Part shown: positions 9,612-19,835 of the stretch, piece by piece
Position numbering within the stretch: position 1 is the first letter of the stretch
Layout: each line of letters starts with the position of its first letter
Source of the DNA: Candidatus Woesearchaeota archaeon
GTDB taxonomy: Archaea; Nanobdellota; Nanobdellia; SCGC-AAA011-G17; GW2011-AR20
Reading direction: 5' to 3'
Length of the DNA: 57,483 nucleotides
Assembly (NCBI GenBank): GCA_964419925.1
Contig: CAYQPR010000003.1
Span: 1 to 57,483 of the forward strand
The notes under the pieces: generated by a model
The model's database searches: none
What the model saw: the letters and a program-made list of their open reading frames with translations, nothing else
What the model was told of the DNA's origin: nothing
Made by a program: the position numbers and the translations under genes

Positions 9612-10845
9612 CTATTATTCCTGCACCGGCCGTATCATAACCTTTTATGATAACAAATCTCCCTAATTCAGGGGTTTCATTAAAATTTTCTAAGACTAGA
9701 TCTTTTTCTGATTCTATTATGACTTCTCCAACTTCAGTATCCTTCAAAATTTTAGCATCCCTCTCGATTATCTCCAGATTGGAAGAATCAATTCTCTCGT
9801 TTATTTTTTTTATTATGCATTTTGATTCTTGTGTCGCACACTTAATGATTAATTCTTCTCCAACTTTTAAATCTTTATTTGAAAGCCAGAACAATCTAGC
9901 TTCAAACTCTTTTTTTATTAGAGGTATTTTGTTATCTGACAAAATCATTCCTGCTTCGATATTCTCATCATCATATAGGGTTAAACCAATATTTTCTCCA
10001 GTTGTAGCATATTCTTTTTTTGAATTAAAAGTTTCTATACTTTTTATTCTTGAGACTTTGTTTACTGGAAGAATATTAACAACGTCATCAACTTTAATAG
10101 TTCCGGATAAAATCTTTCCAGCTAAGATTTTTTTATCATCCAATTCATAAATGTCTTGTATTGGAAACCTAAAGTGGGTTTTTTCATCATGATTAAGTTC
10201 AAATTTATCTAATGCTTCTAGAATTGTTAACCCATCATACCATTTCATATTATCGGATTTTTTTAAAATATTTTCTCCATTTGACGCTGAAATTGGAATT
10301 ATATAGTCTGGAACTAAATCTATTTTTAGTAGGGTATTTAAAATCAATTCTTTCATTTTTTCAAATTTATCAGAATCATAACAAACTAAATCCATTTTGT
10401 TTATAACAACAATTAAATTATTTATTCCAAGCATCTTTATTATGTAAGGGTGTCGTTTTGTCTGATCCATAATTCCTTCATTTGCATCTAACAACAATAT
10501 TGCTAAATCGGCTTGTGAAGCACCTGTAATCATATTTTTAATAAACTCTTTATGTCCCGGAGAATCGATTATAACATACTTTCTTTTATCTGTTTTAAAA
10601 AATAATTGGGCCGTATCAATTGTTAATTGTTGTTCTCTTTCTTCTTCTAAATTATCTATAACATATGCAAACTCTATTTGTCTTCCCAAACTTTGAGAGA
10701 CATTTTTAATCTCTTTCATCTTATCTTCTGGCAAAGAATTTGTATCATATAGAAGTCTTCCAATTAATGTAGATTTGCCGTGATCTATATGTCCCGTTAT
10801 AACAATTTTTACCTGTTCTTCTTTCATTTTAGAATAAAAATCCAA
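9604..10845 (-). CDS. cysN: Sulfate adenylyltransferase subunit 1 (GTPase), without a fused APS kinase domain
   Basis: 413 aa. G1 [10 protein letters not shown]3 DSPGH, G4 NKMD. In the same operon as cysD. Confidence 0.8.
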   Translation of the reverse strand: MDFYSKMKEEQVKIVITGHIDHGKSTLIGRLLYDTNSLPEDKMKEIKNVSQSLGRQIEFAYVIDNLEEEREQQLTIDTAQLFFKTDKRKYVIIDSPGHKEFIKNMITGASQADLAILLLDANEGIMDQTKRHPYIIKMLGINNLIVVINKMDLVCYDSDKFEKMKELILNTLLKIDLVPDYIIPISASNGENILKKSDNMKWYDGLTILEALDKFELNHDEKTHFRFPIQDIYELDDKKILAGKILSGTIKVDDVVNILPVNKVSRIKSIETFNSKKEYATTGENIGLTLYDDENIEAGMILSDNKIPLIKKEFEARLFWLSNKDLKVGEELIIKCATQESKCIIKKINERIDSSNLEIIERDAKILKDTEVGEVIIESEKDLVLENFNETPELGRFVIIKGYDTAGAGIIAN

Positions 10846-11608
10846 TGCCCGTTGCTATTAATATTGTTCTTATACTTAAAAATATTATAAATAATCCAAC
10901 CAATATCCCCAGTATCTTGTGATTTAATCTTCTAGTTACTAAAGCTGCTATTGGTGCAGAGATTAGTCCTCCAATAATAATCGGAATGATTATTTTAAAA
11001 TCAATATTCTCTAAAGTTAATAAAAATGTTATTGAGATTGCTAATGTAACAAAAAATTCTGCGAAATTAACTGAGCCAATTGCTTTTTTTGGATGAGTGT
11101 TTGTGGCAATCAAAGCCGGTGTTGTTATTGGCCCCCAACCCCCTCCACCAATTGCGTCCACAAATGCCGCTATAAATCCTAAAGGTGCAAGTCTTCTTAT
11201 TCTTGGTTGTAGATATTCTGTTTCTTGTCTTTTCTTTAAGAATTTTATAATTATTATAAATCCAAATATTAACAATATACCGGCAATTAAAGGTTTAATG
11301 AATTTTAAATCTTGTAATTTAACGGCAACATAAGCTCCTAAAACTCCTCCAATTACCCCGGTAATTGTTAAATACTTAAATATTTTTTTATCAAAATTAC
11401 CTATCTTAAAATGTGAAATTCCTGAAACTAAAGTTGTAAAAACTTCTGAGATATGAACACTCGCACTTGCTAAAGCTGTGCCTAACCCAATAGATAATAA
11501 CAATGAAGTTAAACTAACCCCATATCCCATTCCTAATCCGCCATCTATTAGTTCAGCTAAAAACGCAAATATTAATAAGATTGTATATCTGATTGTTTTT
11601 TCTGTCAT
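10829..11608 (-). CDS. TauE/SafE (DUF81) family anion permease
   Basis: 259 aa, multi-pass, Gly-rich hydrophobic protein with an internally duplicated architecture. Wedged between cysD (1-nt gap) and cysN (17-nt overlap). Confidence 0.75.
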   Translation of the reverse strand: MTEKTIRYTILLIFAFLAELIDGGLGMGYGVSLTSLLLSIGLGTALASASVHISEVFTTLVSGISHFKIGNFDKKIFKYLTITGVIGGVLGAYVAVKLQDLKFIKPLIAGILLIFGFIIIIKFLKKRQETEYLQPRIRRLAPLGFIAAFVDAIGGGGWGPITTPALIATNTHPKKAIGSVNFAEFFVTLAISITFLLTLENIDFKIIIPIIIGGLISAPIAALVTRRLNHKILGILVGLFIIFLSIRTILIATGIGFLF

Positions 11609-11609
11609 A

Positions 11610-12413
11610 TTACATATATCCCATTGCTCTTAATTTTTGCATTTGATACATACTTTCTTTATCTAACGCCCTTCCAGATCTTTCTGCCACTTTAGTTGTT
11701 TTTAATTCTTCAATTATTTTATCAACGGTATCTGCATTACTATCAACAGGGGAAGTTGAGGGAGCACAACCTAAACTTCTAAATCTTTTTCCGTTTTTTG
11801 CAAAATATAATATATTTATTGGAATATTCTCTCGTTTTATATATTCCCAAATATCCAACTCTGTCCAATGCAATAATGGGTGTACTCTAATATGGGTATT
11901 ATCATCTGATTTTGATTTATATTGATCCCATAATTCTGCCGGTTGATTTTTATAATCCCATTTAAAAGATTCATCTCTAGGAGAAAAATAGCGCTCTTTA
12001 GCTCTTATCCCATGTTCATCTCTTCTTATTCCAAGTAATAACGCTTTAAATCCATATTTTTGTATTGTTTGTTGCAATCCCTTTGTTTTAAGTTCAACAC
12101 TACATTCATTCGTATCCCCTGGTTTACAAATTACTCCACGTTTAATCGCTTCTTCATTTTTTCCAATAATTAAATTAGCACCCCACTCCTTAGCATATTT
12201 ATCTCTAAATTCGTACATCTCCAGAAATTTATGACCTGTATCAATATGAACCAATGGAAAAGGAATCTTACCAAAAAAAGCTTTCCTTATTAACCAAACC
12301 AAAGTAGTTGAATCTTTGCCGATACTCCATAACGCAGCTATATTTTTGAATTGATAGTATGCTTCTCTAATAATGTATATACTCTTATTTTCAAGTTCGT
12401 CTAAATGATCCAT
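11610..12413 (-). CDS. cysD: Sulfate adenylyltransferase subunit 2
   Basis: 267 aa. PAPS-reductase-fold PP-loop SIGKDSTT, RVHPLLHWTELDIWEYI, C-terminal ...LRAMGYM typical of CysD. Confidence 0.9.
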   Translation of the reverse strand: MDHLDELENKSIYIIREAYYQFKNIAALWSIGKDSTTLVWLIRKAFFGKIPFPLVHIDTGHKFLEMYEFRDKYAKEWGANLIIGKNEEAIKRGVICKPGDTNECSVELKTKGLQQTIQKYGFKALLLGIRRDEHGIRAKERYFSPRDESFKWDYKNQPAELWDQYKSKSDDNTHIRVHPLLHWTELDIWEYIKRENIPINILYFAKNGKRFRSLGCAPSTSPVDSNADTVDKIIEELKTTKVAERSGRALDKESMYQMQKLRAMGYM

Positions 12414-12448
12414 TTTTATTCTTAATGATATATAATTACTAATAATTA

Positions 12449-12462
12449 AGATTTATAAATCT
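12449..12462 (-). promoter_or_regulatory. Palindromic BRE/TATA-like element AGATTTATAAATCT upstream of the cysD-tauE-cysN operon
   Basis: Perfect 14-nt palindrome 36-49 nt upstream of the cysD start (12413). It also lies just downstream of the RHH gene stop. Confidence 0.5.
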
Positions 12463-12476
12463 TTTCCTTTAAAAAA

Positions 12477-12689
12477 TTAATAACCTAATCCCTTTAACCT
12501 TCTTCTTATAAGCTCTTCTTCTTCTTTAGAAAAAATTTCTTTCTTCCCTTTTTCTTCAATGTTGGATATTATCTCCCTTAGAACATAAGTAACATAATCA
12601 GAAACGGAACTAAATCCAGTTTTAACTATTCTTTTTTTTATCTTATCAGCTAATGGTTTGGGTATTGAAACAGTTGTATAACCTTGCAT
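12477..12689 (-). CDS. Ribbon-helix-helix (CopG-like) DNA-binding protein
   Basis: 70 aa. N-terminal beta-strand plus helices TVSIPKPLADKIKKRI...SSVSDYVTYVLREII. Has its own TATA-like box, TTTATATA on the minus strand, around 12709-12717. Confidence 0.55.
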   Translation of the reverse strand: MQGYTTVSIPKPLADKIKKRIVKTGFSSVSDYVTYVLREIISNIEEKGKKEIFSKEEEELIRRRLKGLGY

Positions 12690-12747
12690 AGTTATCTAAA
12701 ATTAATCACTTATATAAACATTTCCATCTTAAATATCAAAAACAAAA

Positions 12748-13701
12748 TTAATTTATCTTAATTTTATTGTTCGAGAAATTTTTTTTCACGTAATCCTCAA
12801 CCGCATCTTCCCAAGGTTTCATATTATTTAATCCCATCAAATCTAACTTATAATTTTTCATTGCCTCAGAATTTGGTCTTGATGCTGGAATTGGTGTTGA
12901 AGAAAAAGCATTATAATTTTCTTTTGGATATGAATCAGAACTTACTGCGTTTAAAACAATATCATCAACTCCAAGCACATCAAAAATCTTTCTTGCTAAA
13001 TCATACCGACTACAATGACCTTTATTTGTCATGTGATATAACCCATAATTATGTGTTTCTATTAAGGGTATAAAGTTTTTTGCAAAATCTGCAGTGTATG
13101 TTAAAGAACCAACCTTATCGGTTACAACATTAAATTCTTTTTTTCCTTCCTCAAATTGTTTTAATAATTTATAAACAAATTTTTTATCTCTTTCCTTACC
13201 CCCTCCAATCATCCACCCTGCCCTCATAATGAAATATTTGTTTAATAGACTTTGAACAATTTTTTCACCTTCGTATTTTGATTTTCCATAAGAATTAATT
13301 GGAACCGGTATATCAAATTCTGTATAAGGTTCTAAAGATTTTCCATCAAAAACACCGGCAGTACTAACGTAAGCCATTAAGGTTTTAAACTTTTCAGCTG
13401 CTAAAGCAACATATAAAGTTCCGATAGTATTTGTTAGATAAGCTTGATCCTGTTCAACATCACATTTATCAACATCTGTTTTTGCTGCTAAATGTGCTAT
13501 AAGGTCCGGCTTAGTTTTTTCTATCATAGAAAAGACTTCATGTTTATCAGTTACATCTAGTTTTTCTAGATTGCCTCCTTTAAGATCGATATCAGTCCGT
13601 ATTACTTCATAAGATTGTTTTTCTAATTCATTACATAAATCATATCCAAGCATTCCTGCAGCACCAGTTACCAATACTTTCATTTTATGAGGATTTATCA
13701 T
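12748..13701 (-). CDS. RmlD-like NDP-4-keto-sugar reductase (SDR)
   Basis: 317 aa. MKVLVTGAAGMLGYDL, YGKSK, RmlD-like substrate-binding region. TTTATAAA at 13727-13734. Confidence 0.7.
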   Translation of the reverse strand: MINPHKMKVLVTGAAGMLGYDLCNELEKQSYEVIRTDIDLKGGNLEKLDVTDKHEVFSMIEKTKPDLIAHLAAKTDVDKCDVEQDQAYLTNTIGTLYVALAAEKFKTLMAYVSTAGVFDGKSLEPYTEFDIPVPINSYGKSKYEGEKIVQSLLNKYFIMRAGWMIGGGKERDKKFVYKLLKQFEEGKKEFNVVTDKVGSLTYTADFAKNFIPLIETHNYGLYHMTNKGHCSRYDLARKIFDVLGVDDIVLNAVSSDSYPKENYNAFSSTPIPASRPNSEAMKNYKLDLMGLNNMKPWEDAVEDYVKKNFSNNKIKIN

Positions 13702-13802
13702 TAATTAAGAATTATCTTGAGTAAAATTTATAAAGCTTCCTCTAAGTATTTTTTATAAAGAAGAGTATTAAATTATAGATAAGTTTTATAAAAAAAGTTT
13801 AA

Positions 13803-13807
13803 GGAGG
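13803..13807 (+). promoter_or_regulatory. Shine-Dalgarno sequence (GGAGG) serving a TTG start
   Basis: AAGGAGGACTAATTTG. GGAGG lies 6 nt before TTG 13814. There is no in-frame ATG for more than 100 codons. Confidence 0.5.
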
Positions 13808-13813
13808 ACTAAT

Positions 13814-15244
13814 TTGATAAGAAAAAGACATCTTTATTTGTTTATTTTTATATTGATAATAATCACAATATTAGAACTACTTCAATTATCAAAAATAACT
13901 TCTTATTTCCCCTCTACAGATTTAAGCAGTCACATAGCTAATATATATTTTATAAATAATTATGGGTTTCATGAAATAATCCCTAATTGGTATAATGGGT
14001 ATATCTCATTTTTGGTATATCCTCCAGGTTTATTCTTTTTGTCAATTCCCTTTTATAAAATTATTAACAACCCACAAATTGTTTTATATATTTTATTAAT
14101 ATTAAATTTATTAATTGGTTTTATTGGAGTTTATTTTTTAGGAAAAATATTAAAACTAGATTATACAAAGAGATTATTTTTATTTTTATTTTTTTATTTT
14201 AATCCAATTTCAATTACTTCATTTTATAAAATAGGTAGACTTCCTGAAATGCTGGGATGGAGTTTTTCTTTTCTTTATATTTATTTAATATATATGTACA
14301 AAGATAAAGAAATAAATAAAAAATTTCTTTTAATAATACCTATAATGGCTACAACCGTATTAGCACATCCTTCAATTTTTATACTCTCCTCTCTCTTTTT
14401 ATTAGGTTTATTTTTAATAAAATCTAATAAAGAGAGGGGGTTTATCATTTTTTCTTTAATAATTAGCTTATTACTAACATCATTCTGGTTAGTTCCTGCC
14501 TTCAATGAAAAGATTACTTATGAAATATATAAACCCTTTCTTAACATTAGCTTGCCTACAGAAAGAATTTTGTCTTTTCTAACTACAATTATATTTGGGG
14601 TATTAGTATTCTATAACTTAAGAAAAAATAAGAAAGAGATTTTATTTTATTCCCCTATAATTTTACTATCCCTTTTGTACGTAACGAGATTAGCAGGTTA
14701 CCTTCCAATATTAGTAAATATGCATCCTCGTTCAATAGCTTTAATTTTAATTTTGGCATCATTAATCATATTTTTGACATCAAATTACGAAAATGAATCT
14801 GTAAAAAAATCATTGATCGTAATTTTACAAATAATGCCCATAATATTTTTAATAATCTTTTTTTATAAAAATGTAGATGACTATCCTTTACATAATAGTC
14901 AACATCAAGAGGTAATAAATTTATTAGAACAGGTTGAAGATAAGTTTATAATAACTGGCAAATCTAATGTTGATATAAGGACAAAGGATACCTATTCGTA
15001 TGCAGCTGTAAAATATAATTTAAGCACCCCGTTTGGATGGGATTTGATAGAGGGGAGTTATCGAAATTCAAAGAAAAATTTAACAGAAGCATTTAATAAG
15101 GAAGATTGTAACAAAATTATTAATATGATAAATGAACTTGGTGGAAAAGAGATAATTAGCGGTTATGAAAGTTGTGATATATTAAAAAGATGTGGATTTA
15201 AAGAGAAAAATATTACAAATAATTTTTGTTTGTATAAAAAATAA
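13814..15244 (+). CDS. Polytopic membrane protein, possible GT-C-type glycosyltransferase or polymerase
   Basis: 476 aa, more than 10 predicted TM helices and a C-terminal soluble domain of about 110 aa. TTG start preceded by GGAGG (13803-13807). Confidence 0.45.
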   Translation: MIRKRHLYLFIFILIIITILELLQLSKITSYFPSTDLSSHIANIYFINNYGFHEIIPNWYNGYISFLVYPPGLFFLSIPFYKIINNPQIVLYILLILNLLIGFIGVYFLGKILKLDYTKRLFLFLFFYFNPISITSFYKIGRLPEMLGWSFSFLYIYLIYMYKDKEINKKFLLIIPIMATTVLAHPSIFILSSLFLLGLFLIKSNKERGFIIFSLIISLLLTSFWLVPAFNEKITYEIYKPFLNISLPTERILSFLTTIIFGVLVFYNLRKNKKEILFYSPIILLSLLYVTRLAGYLPILVNMHPRSIALILILASLIIFLTSNYENESVKKSLIVILQIMPIIFLIIFFYKNVDDYPLHNSQHQEVINLLEQVEDKFIITGKSNVDIRTKDTYSYAAVKYNLSTPFGWDLIEGSYRNSKKNLTEAFNKEDCNKIINMINELGGKEIISGYESCDILKRCGFKEKNITNNFCLYKK

Positions 15245-15247
15245 CGT

Positions 15248-15970
15248 ATGGTTAACAACAATACTAAAGGAAATGAAAATGTTTATGAGTTATCCTTAGT
15301 AATCCCTTTTTATAATGAAGAAAGTAATGTAAAGAAAGTTGTACAAGAAATTGTGGATAATTTTAATTTAAATAAAATAAATTATGAAATAATTGCTGTA
15401 GATAATGGATCTACAGATGGTACTCGGAAAATAATTAAGGGGTTAAATAAATCAAATCCAAGAATTAAACTTTCAATCGTAAGAAAAAATATAGGGTATG
15501 GAAATGGGATAATAAGTGGAATTAATCAAGCAAATGGTAATTTTATAGGCTATCATTGGGGAGACGGACAAGTTCCATCAAAATATATAACTGAAGTTTT
15601 TAATAAAATAAAGGAAGGAGATTATCATTTAGGAAAGATAACAAGAATTTATCGTGAATACAGTTTAACAAGAAAAATAGCATCAAATTTCTATAATACA
15701 TTTTTTCCTTTACTTTTTGGGGTAAATAGTAAAGACATAAATGGTTGCCCTAAAATTATGAAAGGAAGCTTATTAAAAAATCTTGAACTTGAATCTAAAG
15801 ACTGGTTTATAGATGCAGAAATTATGATTAAAGCAAAGAGAAACAAATTTAAATTAGTAGAGGTACCTGCAGAATATAAAAAACGTACCGGAGGAAAATC
15901 AAAAGTAAGATCGAATGTTATCTTAGAATTCCTAAGAAACATGATAAGATTTAAACTTAAAGGTTATTAA
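15248..15970 (+). CDS. GT2 glycosyltransferase (polyprenyl-phosphate sugar synthase-like, soluble form)
   Basis: 240 aa. LSLVIPFYNEESNV and AVDNGSTDGT motifs. Confidence 0.8.
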   Translation: MVNNNTKGNENVYELSLVIPFYNEESNVKKVVQEIVDNFNLNKINYEIIAVDNGSTDGTRKIIKGLNKSNPRIKLSIVRKNIGYGNGIISGINQANGNFIGYHWGDGQVPSKYITEVFNKIKEGDYHLGKITRIYREYSLTRKIASNFYNTFFPLLFGVNSKDINGCPKIMKGSLLKNLELESKDWFIDAEIMIKAKRNKFKLVEVPAEYKKRTGGKSKVRSNVILEFLRNMIRFKLKGY

Positions 15971-15971
15971 A

Positions 15972-16766
15972 ATGGAAAAACCAAAAGTTGTTATCTTGTG
16001 TGGAGGATTAGGCACTAGATTAAAAGAAGAAACCGAATTTAAACCCAAGCCGTTAGTAACGATAGGAAGTATGCCAATATTGTGGCATGTTATGAAAATT
16101 TACTCTCATTACGGATATAAGGATTTTGTACTTTGTTTAGGTTATAAAAGCCATGAAATAAAAAATTTTTTTCTAAATTATGATAGTTTAAAACATGATT
16201 TTACATTGAAATTAGGTGAAAGGGGTTCTAGTCATTTATATCATAGTTCAAACGTTCTAGAAGATTGGAATGTAACTTTTGCTGAGACGGGACCAGAGAC
16301 AAATACGGGCGGTAGAATAAAAAAAATTGAAAAATATATTAAAGATGATAATTTCTTTTTAACATATGGCGATGGTTTAGCCGATGTTGATATCAATAAG
16401 TTATATAACTTTCATTTAGAACATAAAAAAATTGCTACACTAACCTCCATACAACCAATATCTAGATTTGGAATTGTTGAATTTGATGAGAGGGGAAATG
16501 TAAACTCTTTTAAAGAAAAACCGAGATTAGATGGTTGGATTAATGGGGGATTTTTTGTTCTGAAAAAAAATGTTTTTGATTATATAAAAGAAAATGATGT
16601 ATTTGAACAAGCTCCATTAATGGATTTAGCAAAAAATAATCAACTTGTAGCATATCCCCATAAAGGGTCTTGGGAGTGTATGGATACCCATAGAGATTTT
16701 GAAAATTTAAATAAAATTTGGAATTCTGGTAAAGCATTTTGGAAAATCTGGGATGGTAAAGAGTAG
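15972..16766 (+). CDS. rfbF: Glucose-1-phosphate cytidylyltransferase
   Basis: 264 aa. VILCGGLGTRLKEETEFKPKPLVTIGSMPILWHVMKIYSHYGYKDFVLCLGYK is the characteristic RfbF/DdhA N-terminus. Confidence 0.9.
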   Translation: MEKPKVVILCGGLGTRLKEETEFKPKPLVTIGSMPILWHVMKIYSHYGYKDFVLCLGYKSHEIKNFFLNYDSLKHDFTLKLGERGSSHLYHSSNVLEDWNVTFAETGPETNTGGRIKKIEKYIKDDNFFLTYGDGLADVDINKLYNFHLEHKKIATLTSIQPISRFGIVEFDERGNVNSFKEKPRLDGWINGGFFVLKKNVFDYIKENDVFEQAPLMDLAKNNQLVAYPHKGSWECMDTHRDFENLNKIWNSGKAFWKIWDGKE

Positions 16767-17847
16767 TCTTATAAGTCTTTTTACTAGATTTTTTATTAAA
16801 ATGATAATATCAGCAACAGCAAGACATTACATTGGAAATGAAGCGACCTTAGAAGAGTTCAAAGGAGGTAATGGAATAATAGATAGAACTGTAAACAGTT
16901 TGGGTAAAGAAGCAAGGAATCTCAACAAAAGAGGATATAATGTAAAACATAAATTGAGAGTTGACTACGATTCAAGATTTGGTCAAGATAATTTTTTAGA
17001 AGTAAAAAAACTTGGCGAAGAAATAAGAAAAGAAGGAATTGGATTTAATTTACAAGTTGGTATGGGCCCGGGTTATAGTTTTTTAGAAGGTTTATTATTT
17101 AGAGATTGTGATGTGTCTATTGTTTACGGAGCAGATCAAATTCATATTAATAAAAACTTAGATTGTTTTGCAGAAGTATGTTTTAGGTTAAATACAGAAA
17201 ATAAAGTACTAGGGGGAGCTGCAAGGCCAAATAAGGTATTATTATCAGATGTCCCTGAAGGGGATTTAATGCGCCAAATTCATGAAACTTATTATACCCT
17301 TGCAGCAGGCGGTTATGAAGGAAGAAAGATTGATAACCCTTTTAATTTTGATACTTCAAATGGAAGTTCTCTTTATATTGGTGTAAATAGTGAAGGAGGA
17401 TTTGGTGATTTAACCTCTGGTTTTGCTGCTATAAACCATAATTCTACTAGAGCACAAATCGTTTGTCAAAATCTTGTTAATATAGCAAACAATTCTAACC
17501 CAAATAATTTCTGTTCCGAATATGGTATTTTTATAAATGAGGGAATAAAAAACATAGTAATGATATATATTGACTTTTCTGAAAATATGTTTTATCGAGA
17601 TAAAGGTAAATTAAGTGAGAAAGATATAAAACAAGAAATAAAAAAAAGGGAAAAATTCATAAAAAGTCATACTTATGAGTTAGGAAAAATTCCATACATT
17701 AAAGATAAACTGGTTAAAATATTAAGGGATAATAAAATTATAGAAATAATAGAAAGAAACATTGTAGGATATGAATTAAAAAATTCTAAACGTTTCATCA
17801 ATCGAGTAAATGTTTTAATGATTGAAGGTTTGGAGGGAAAATTATAA
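16753..17847 (+). CDS. Hypothetical protein embedded in the CDP-dideoxyhexose operon
   Basis: 364-aa ORF overlapping the rfbF stop by 14 nt. I recognise no motif. Coding-like composition and a Lys/Glu-rich C-terminal third. Confidence 0.5.
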   Translation: MVKSSLISLFTRFFIKMIISATARHYIGNEATLEEFKGGNGIIDRTVNSLGKEARNLNKRGYNVKHKLRVDYDSRFGQDNFLEVKKLGEEIRKEGIGFNLQVGMGPGYSFLEGLLFRDCDVSIVYGADQIHINKNLDCFAEVCFRLNTENKVLGGAARPNKVLLSDVPEGDLMRQIHETYYTLAAGGYEGRKIDNPFNFDTSNGSSLYIGVNSEGGFGDLTSGFAAINHNSTRAQIVCQNLVNIANNSNPNNFCSEYGIFINEGIKNIVMIYIDFSENMFYRDKGKLSEKDIKQEIKKREKFIKSHTYELGKIPYIKDKLVKILRDNKIIEIIERNIVGYELKNSKRFINRVNVLMIEGLEGKL

Positions 17848-17877
17848 AAACAGAATTAATTTATCTTTATGGAATCA

Positions 17878-17885
17878 TTTATAAA
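17878..17885 (+). promoter_or_regulatory. Internal TATA box (TTTATAAA) upstream of rfbG
   Basis: 22-29 nt upstream of ATG 17907. Confidence 0.45.
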
Positions 17886-17906
17886 TTTTTTCTTATCTTG
17901 ATTAGC

Positions 17907-18908
17907 ATGCAAAAAAGGGATTATTGGAAAGATAAAAAAATTTTTATCACAGGTGCAACAGGTTTTGTTGGATCTTGGTTAACTAAAGAATTAGTTGATA
18001 GAGACGCCGAAGTAACAATTTTGATGCGTGATAATATACCAAATTCCAGTTTAATAAAAAGTGATTATATAAAAAAAATTAATATAGTTTATGGGCAATT
18101 AGAAGATTATTTTTCGATACTAAGAGCAATTAATGAATATGATATCGATATTGTTTTTCATCTGGGAGCTCAGGCTATAGTTGGTAGAAGTACTAGAAAC
18201 CCTATTAGTACTTTTGAATCAAATATAAAAGGAACGTGGAATCTTTTAGAGGCAATAAGAAATTGTAAAAGTGTTGATAAAACAATTTTATCAACTAGTG
18301 ATAAGGCATATGGAACACATGATAAATTGCCTTATACTGAAAATATGGCATTAAAAGGAGAGTACCCTTATGATGTTTCAAAATCTTGTGCGGATCTAAT
18401 CGCTCAAAGTTATTATAAGACATATGGTCTAAAAATTGGAATAGCGAGGTGTGGTAATATTTATGGAGGGGGAGACTTAAATTTCAATCGAATTATCCCT
18501 GGGACGATAAAATCTGTATATTATAAGGAACAACCAGTTATAAGAAGTGATGGGTTATATATTCGGGATTATATTTATGTAAAGGATATTATCAGATCAT
18601 TTATGATCTTATGTGGAAATTTAGATCGAAAAGAAGTTAATGGAGAACCTTTTAATTTTAGCACAGGTAATAGAATAAATGTTCTTGATTTAGTAAATTT
18701 AATATTAAAAATAATGGGATCAAACCTTAAACCAATCATTTTAAATCAGGCTGTTGGCGAAATCAGGGATCAGTACTTAGATATTAGTAAAGCTCATAGG
18801 TTATTATCCTTGACCCCACAATACAATGTTGAGCATGGTCTGAAAGAAACAATTAAATGGTATACCTCATTTTTTAAGCAAAAACATGAAAAATCTAAAA
18901 AATTCTAA
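17907..18908 (+). CDS. rfbG: CDP-glucose 4,6-dehydratase
   Basis: The ORF track starts at TTG 17898. ATG 17907 follows TTTATAAA (17878-17885). WKDKKIFITGATGFVGSWL and YDVSK are typical of RfbG/DdhB. Confidence 0.85.
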   Translation: MQKRDYWKDKKIFITGATGFVGSWLTKELVDRDAEVTILMRDNIPNSSLIKSDYIKKINIVYGQLEDYFSILRAINEYDIDIVFHLGAQAIVGRSTRNPISTFESNIKGTWNLLEAIRNCKSVDKTILSTSDKAYGTHDKLPYTENMALKGEYPYDVSKSCADLIAQSYYKTYGLKIGIARCGNIYGGGDLNFNRIIPGTIKSVYYKEQPVIRSDGLYIRDYIYVKDIIRSFMILCGNLDRKEVNGEPFNFSTGNRINVLDLVNLILKIMGSNLKPIILNQAVGEIRDQYLDISKAHRLLSLTPQYNVEHGLKETIKWYTSFFKQKHEKSKKF

Positions 18909-19812
18909 AGTTCTGGTAACGGGGGCAAATGGTTTTATAGGTAGCCATCTAACTGAAAAATTAGTTAATTTAGAAGCAGATGTCTCGGTTATTATAAGGA
19001 AGAACATAAACAAAGGTAATATAGAATGTGTAAAGGATAAAATAAAAATTTTTGAATCAGATTTAAGAGATTTTGACAAAATAAAGAATATAGTCAAAAA
19101 AATTCAACCTGAATATATTTTTCATTTAGCAGCTAATGTGACTGTGAATAGAGACTTAAATGAATTAGAGAATTCTTTAGATAATATCAGAATAACCTTA
19201 AATTTATTAAAATCTTTGGATAATTATGAATTATTTATTAATACTGGAACTGTCGAAGAGTATGGAAATGGAAAAACTCCATTTAGAGAAGATCAATTAC
19301 CTATTCCAGTATCACCTTATTCAGCATCTAAGATATCAATTACTAATTATTGTAAAATGTTGTATCAGACGCATGGACTTCCAATAACAACAGTAAGATT
19401 ATTTTTAACATATGGTCCAAAACAAAAAGGTAATATGCTAATCCCAAATTTAATCACTTCTGCTTTATTAAAAAAGGATTTTAAAATGACAAAGGGAGAA
19501 CAAACCCGTGAATTTAATTATATTGATGATATAGTTGAGGGTTATATTAAAGTTGCGTCATCTAAAAAAGTAGTAGGAGAGATTATAAATATTGGAAATG
19601 GGGAAGAATACCAAATTAGTGAAGTAGTGGATAAAATACTAAATATTATGGGTAGCCCAATAAAAATCGATAAATCGTTACCATATCGTCAAGGTGAAGC
19701 AATGCATATATTTTGTGATAATTCAAAACTTAGTGGTTTGGGTTGGTCGCCAAAAATAGATTTAGATGAGGGGATTAGAAGAACGATTAATTGGTATAAA
19801 GAGAATATTTAG
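18886..19812 (+). CDS. NDP-sugar reductase/epimerase SDR (candidate CDP-3,6-dideoxyhexose 4-reductase or epimerase, RfbS/RfbJ/RfbE-like)
   Basis: 308 aa. VLVTGANGFIGSHL and YSASK. 23-nt overlap with rfbG. Lies between rfbG and rfbH. Confidence 0.75.
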   Translation: MKNLKNSKVLVTGANGFIGSHLTEKLVNLEADVSVIIRKNINKGNIECVKDKIKIFESDLRDFDKIKNIVKKIQPEYIFHLAANVTVNRDLNELENSLDNIRITLNLLKSLDNYELFINTGTVEEYGNGKTPFREDQLPIPVSPYSASKISITNYCKMLYQTHGLPITTVRLFLTYGPKQKGNMLIPNLITSALLKKDFKMTKGEQTREFNYIDDIVEGYIKVASSKKVVGEIINIGNGEEYQISEVVDKILNIMGSPIKIDKSLPYRQGEAMHIFCDNSKLSGLGWSPKIDLDEGIRRTINWYKENI

Positions 19813-19835
19813 GATTAAATTAATGAGTTAATAAA

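Noticed and set aside
9604-10845. An EF-1alpha/EF-Tu-like translation factor.
   Set aside because: It is operonic with cysD and a sulfur-anion permease. Its length and N-terminal spacing fit CysN. A profile search would be needed for certainty.
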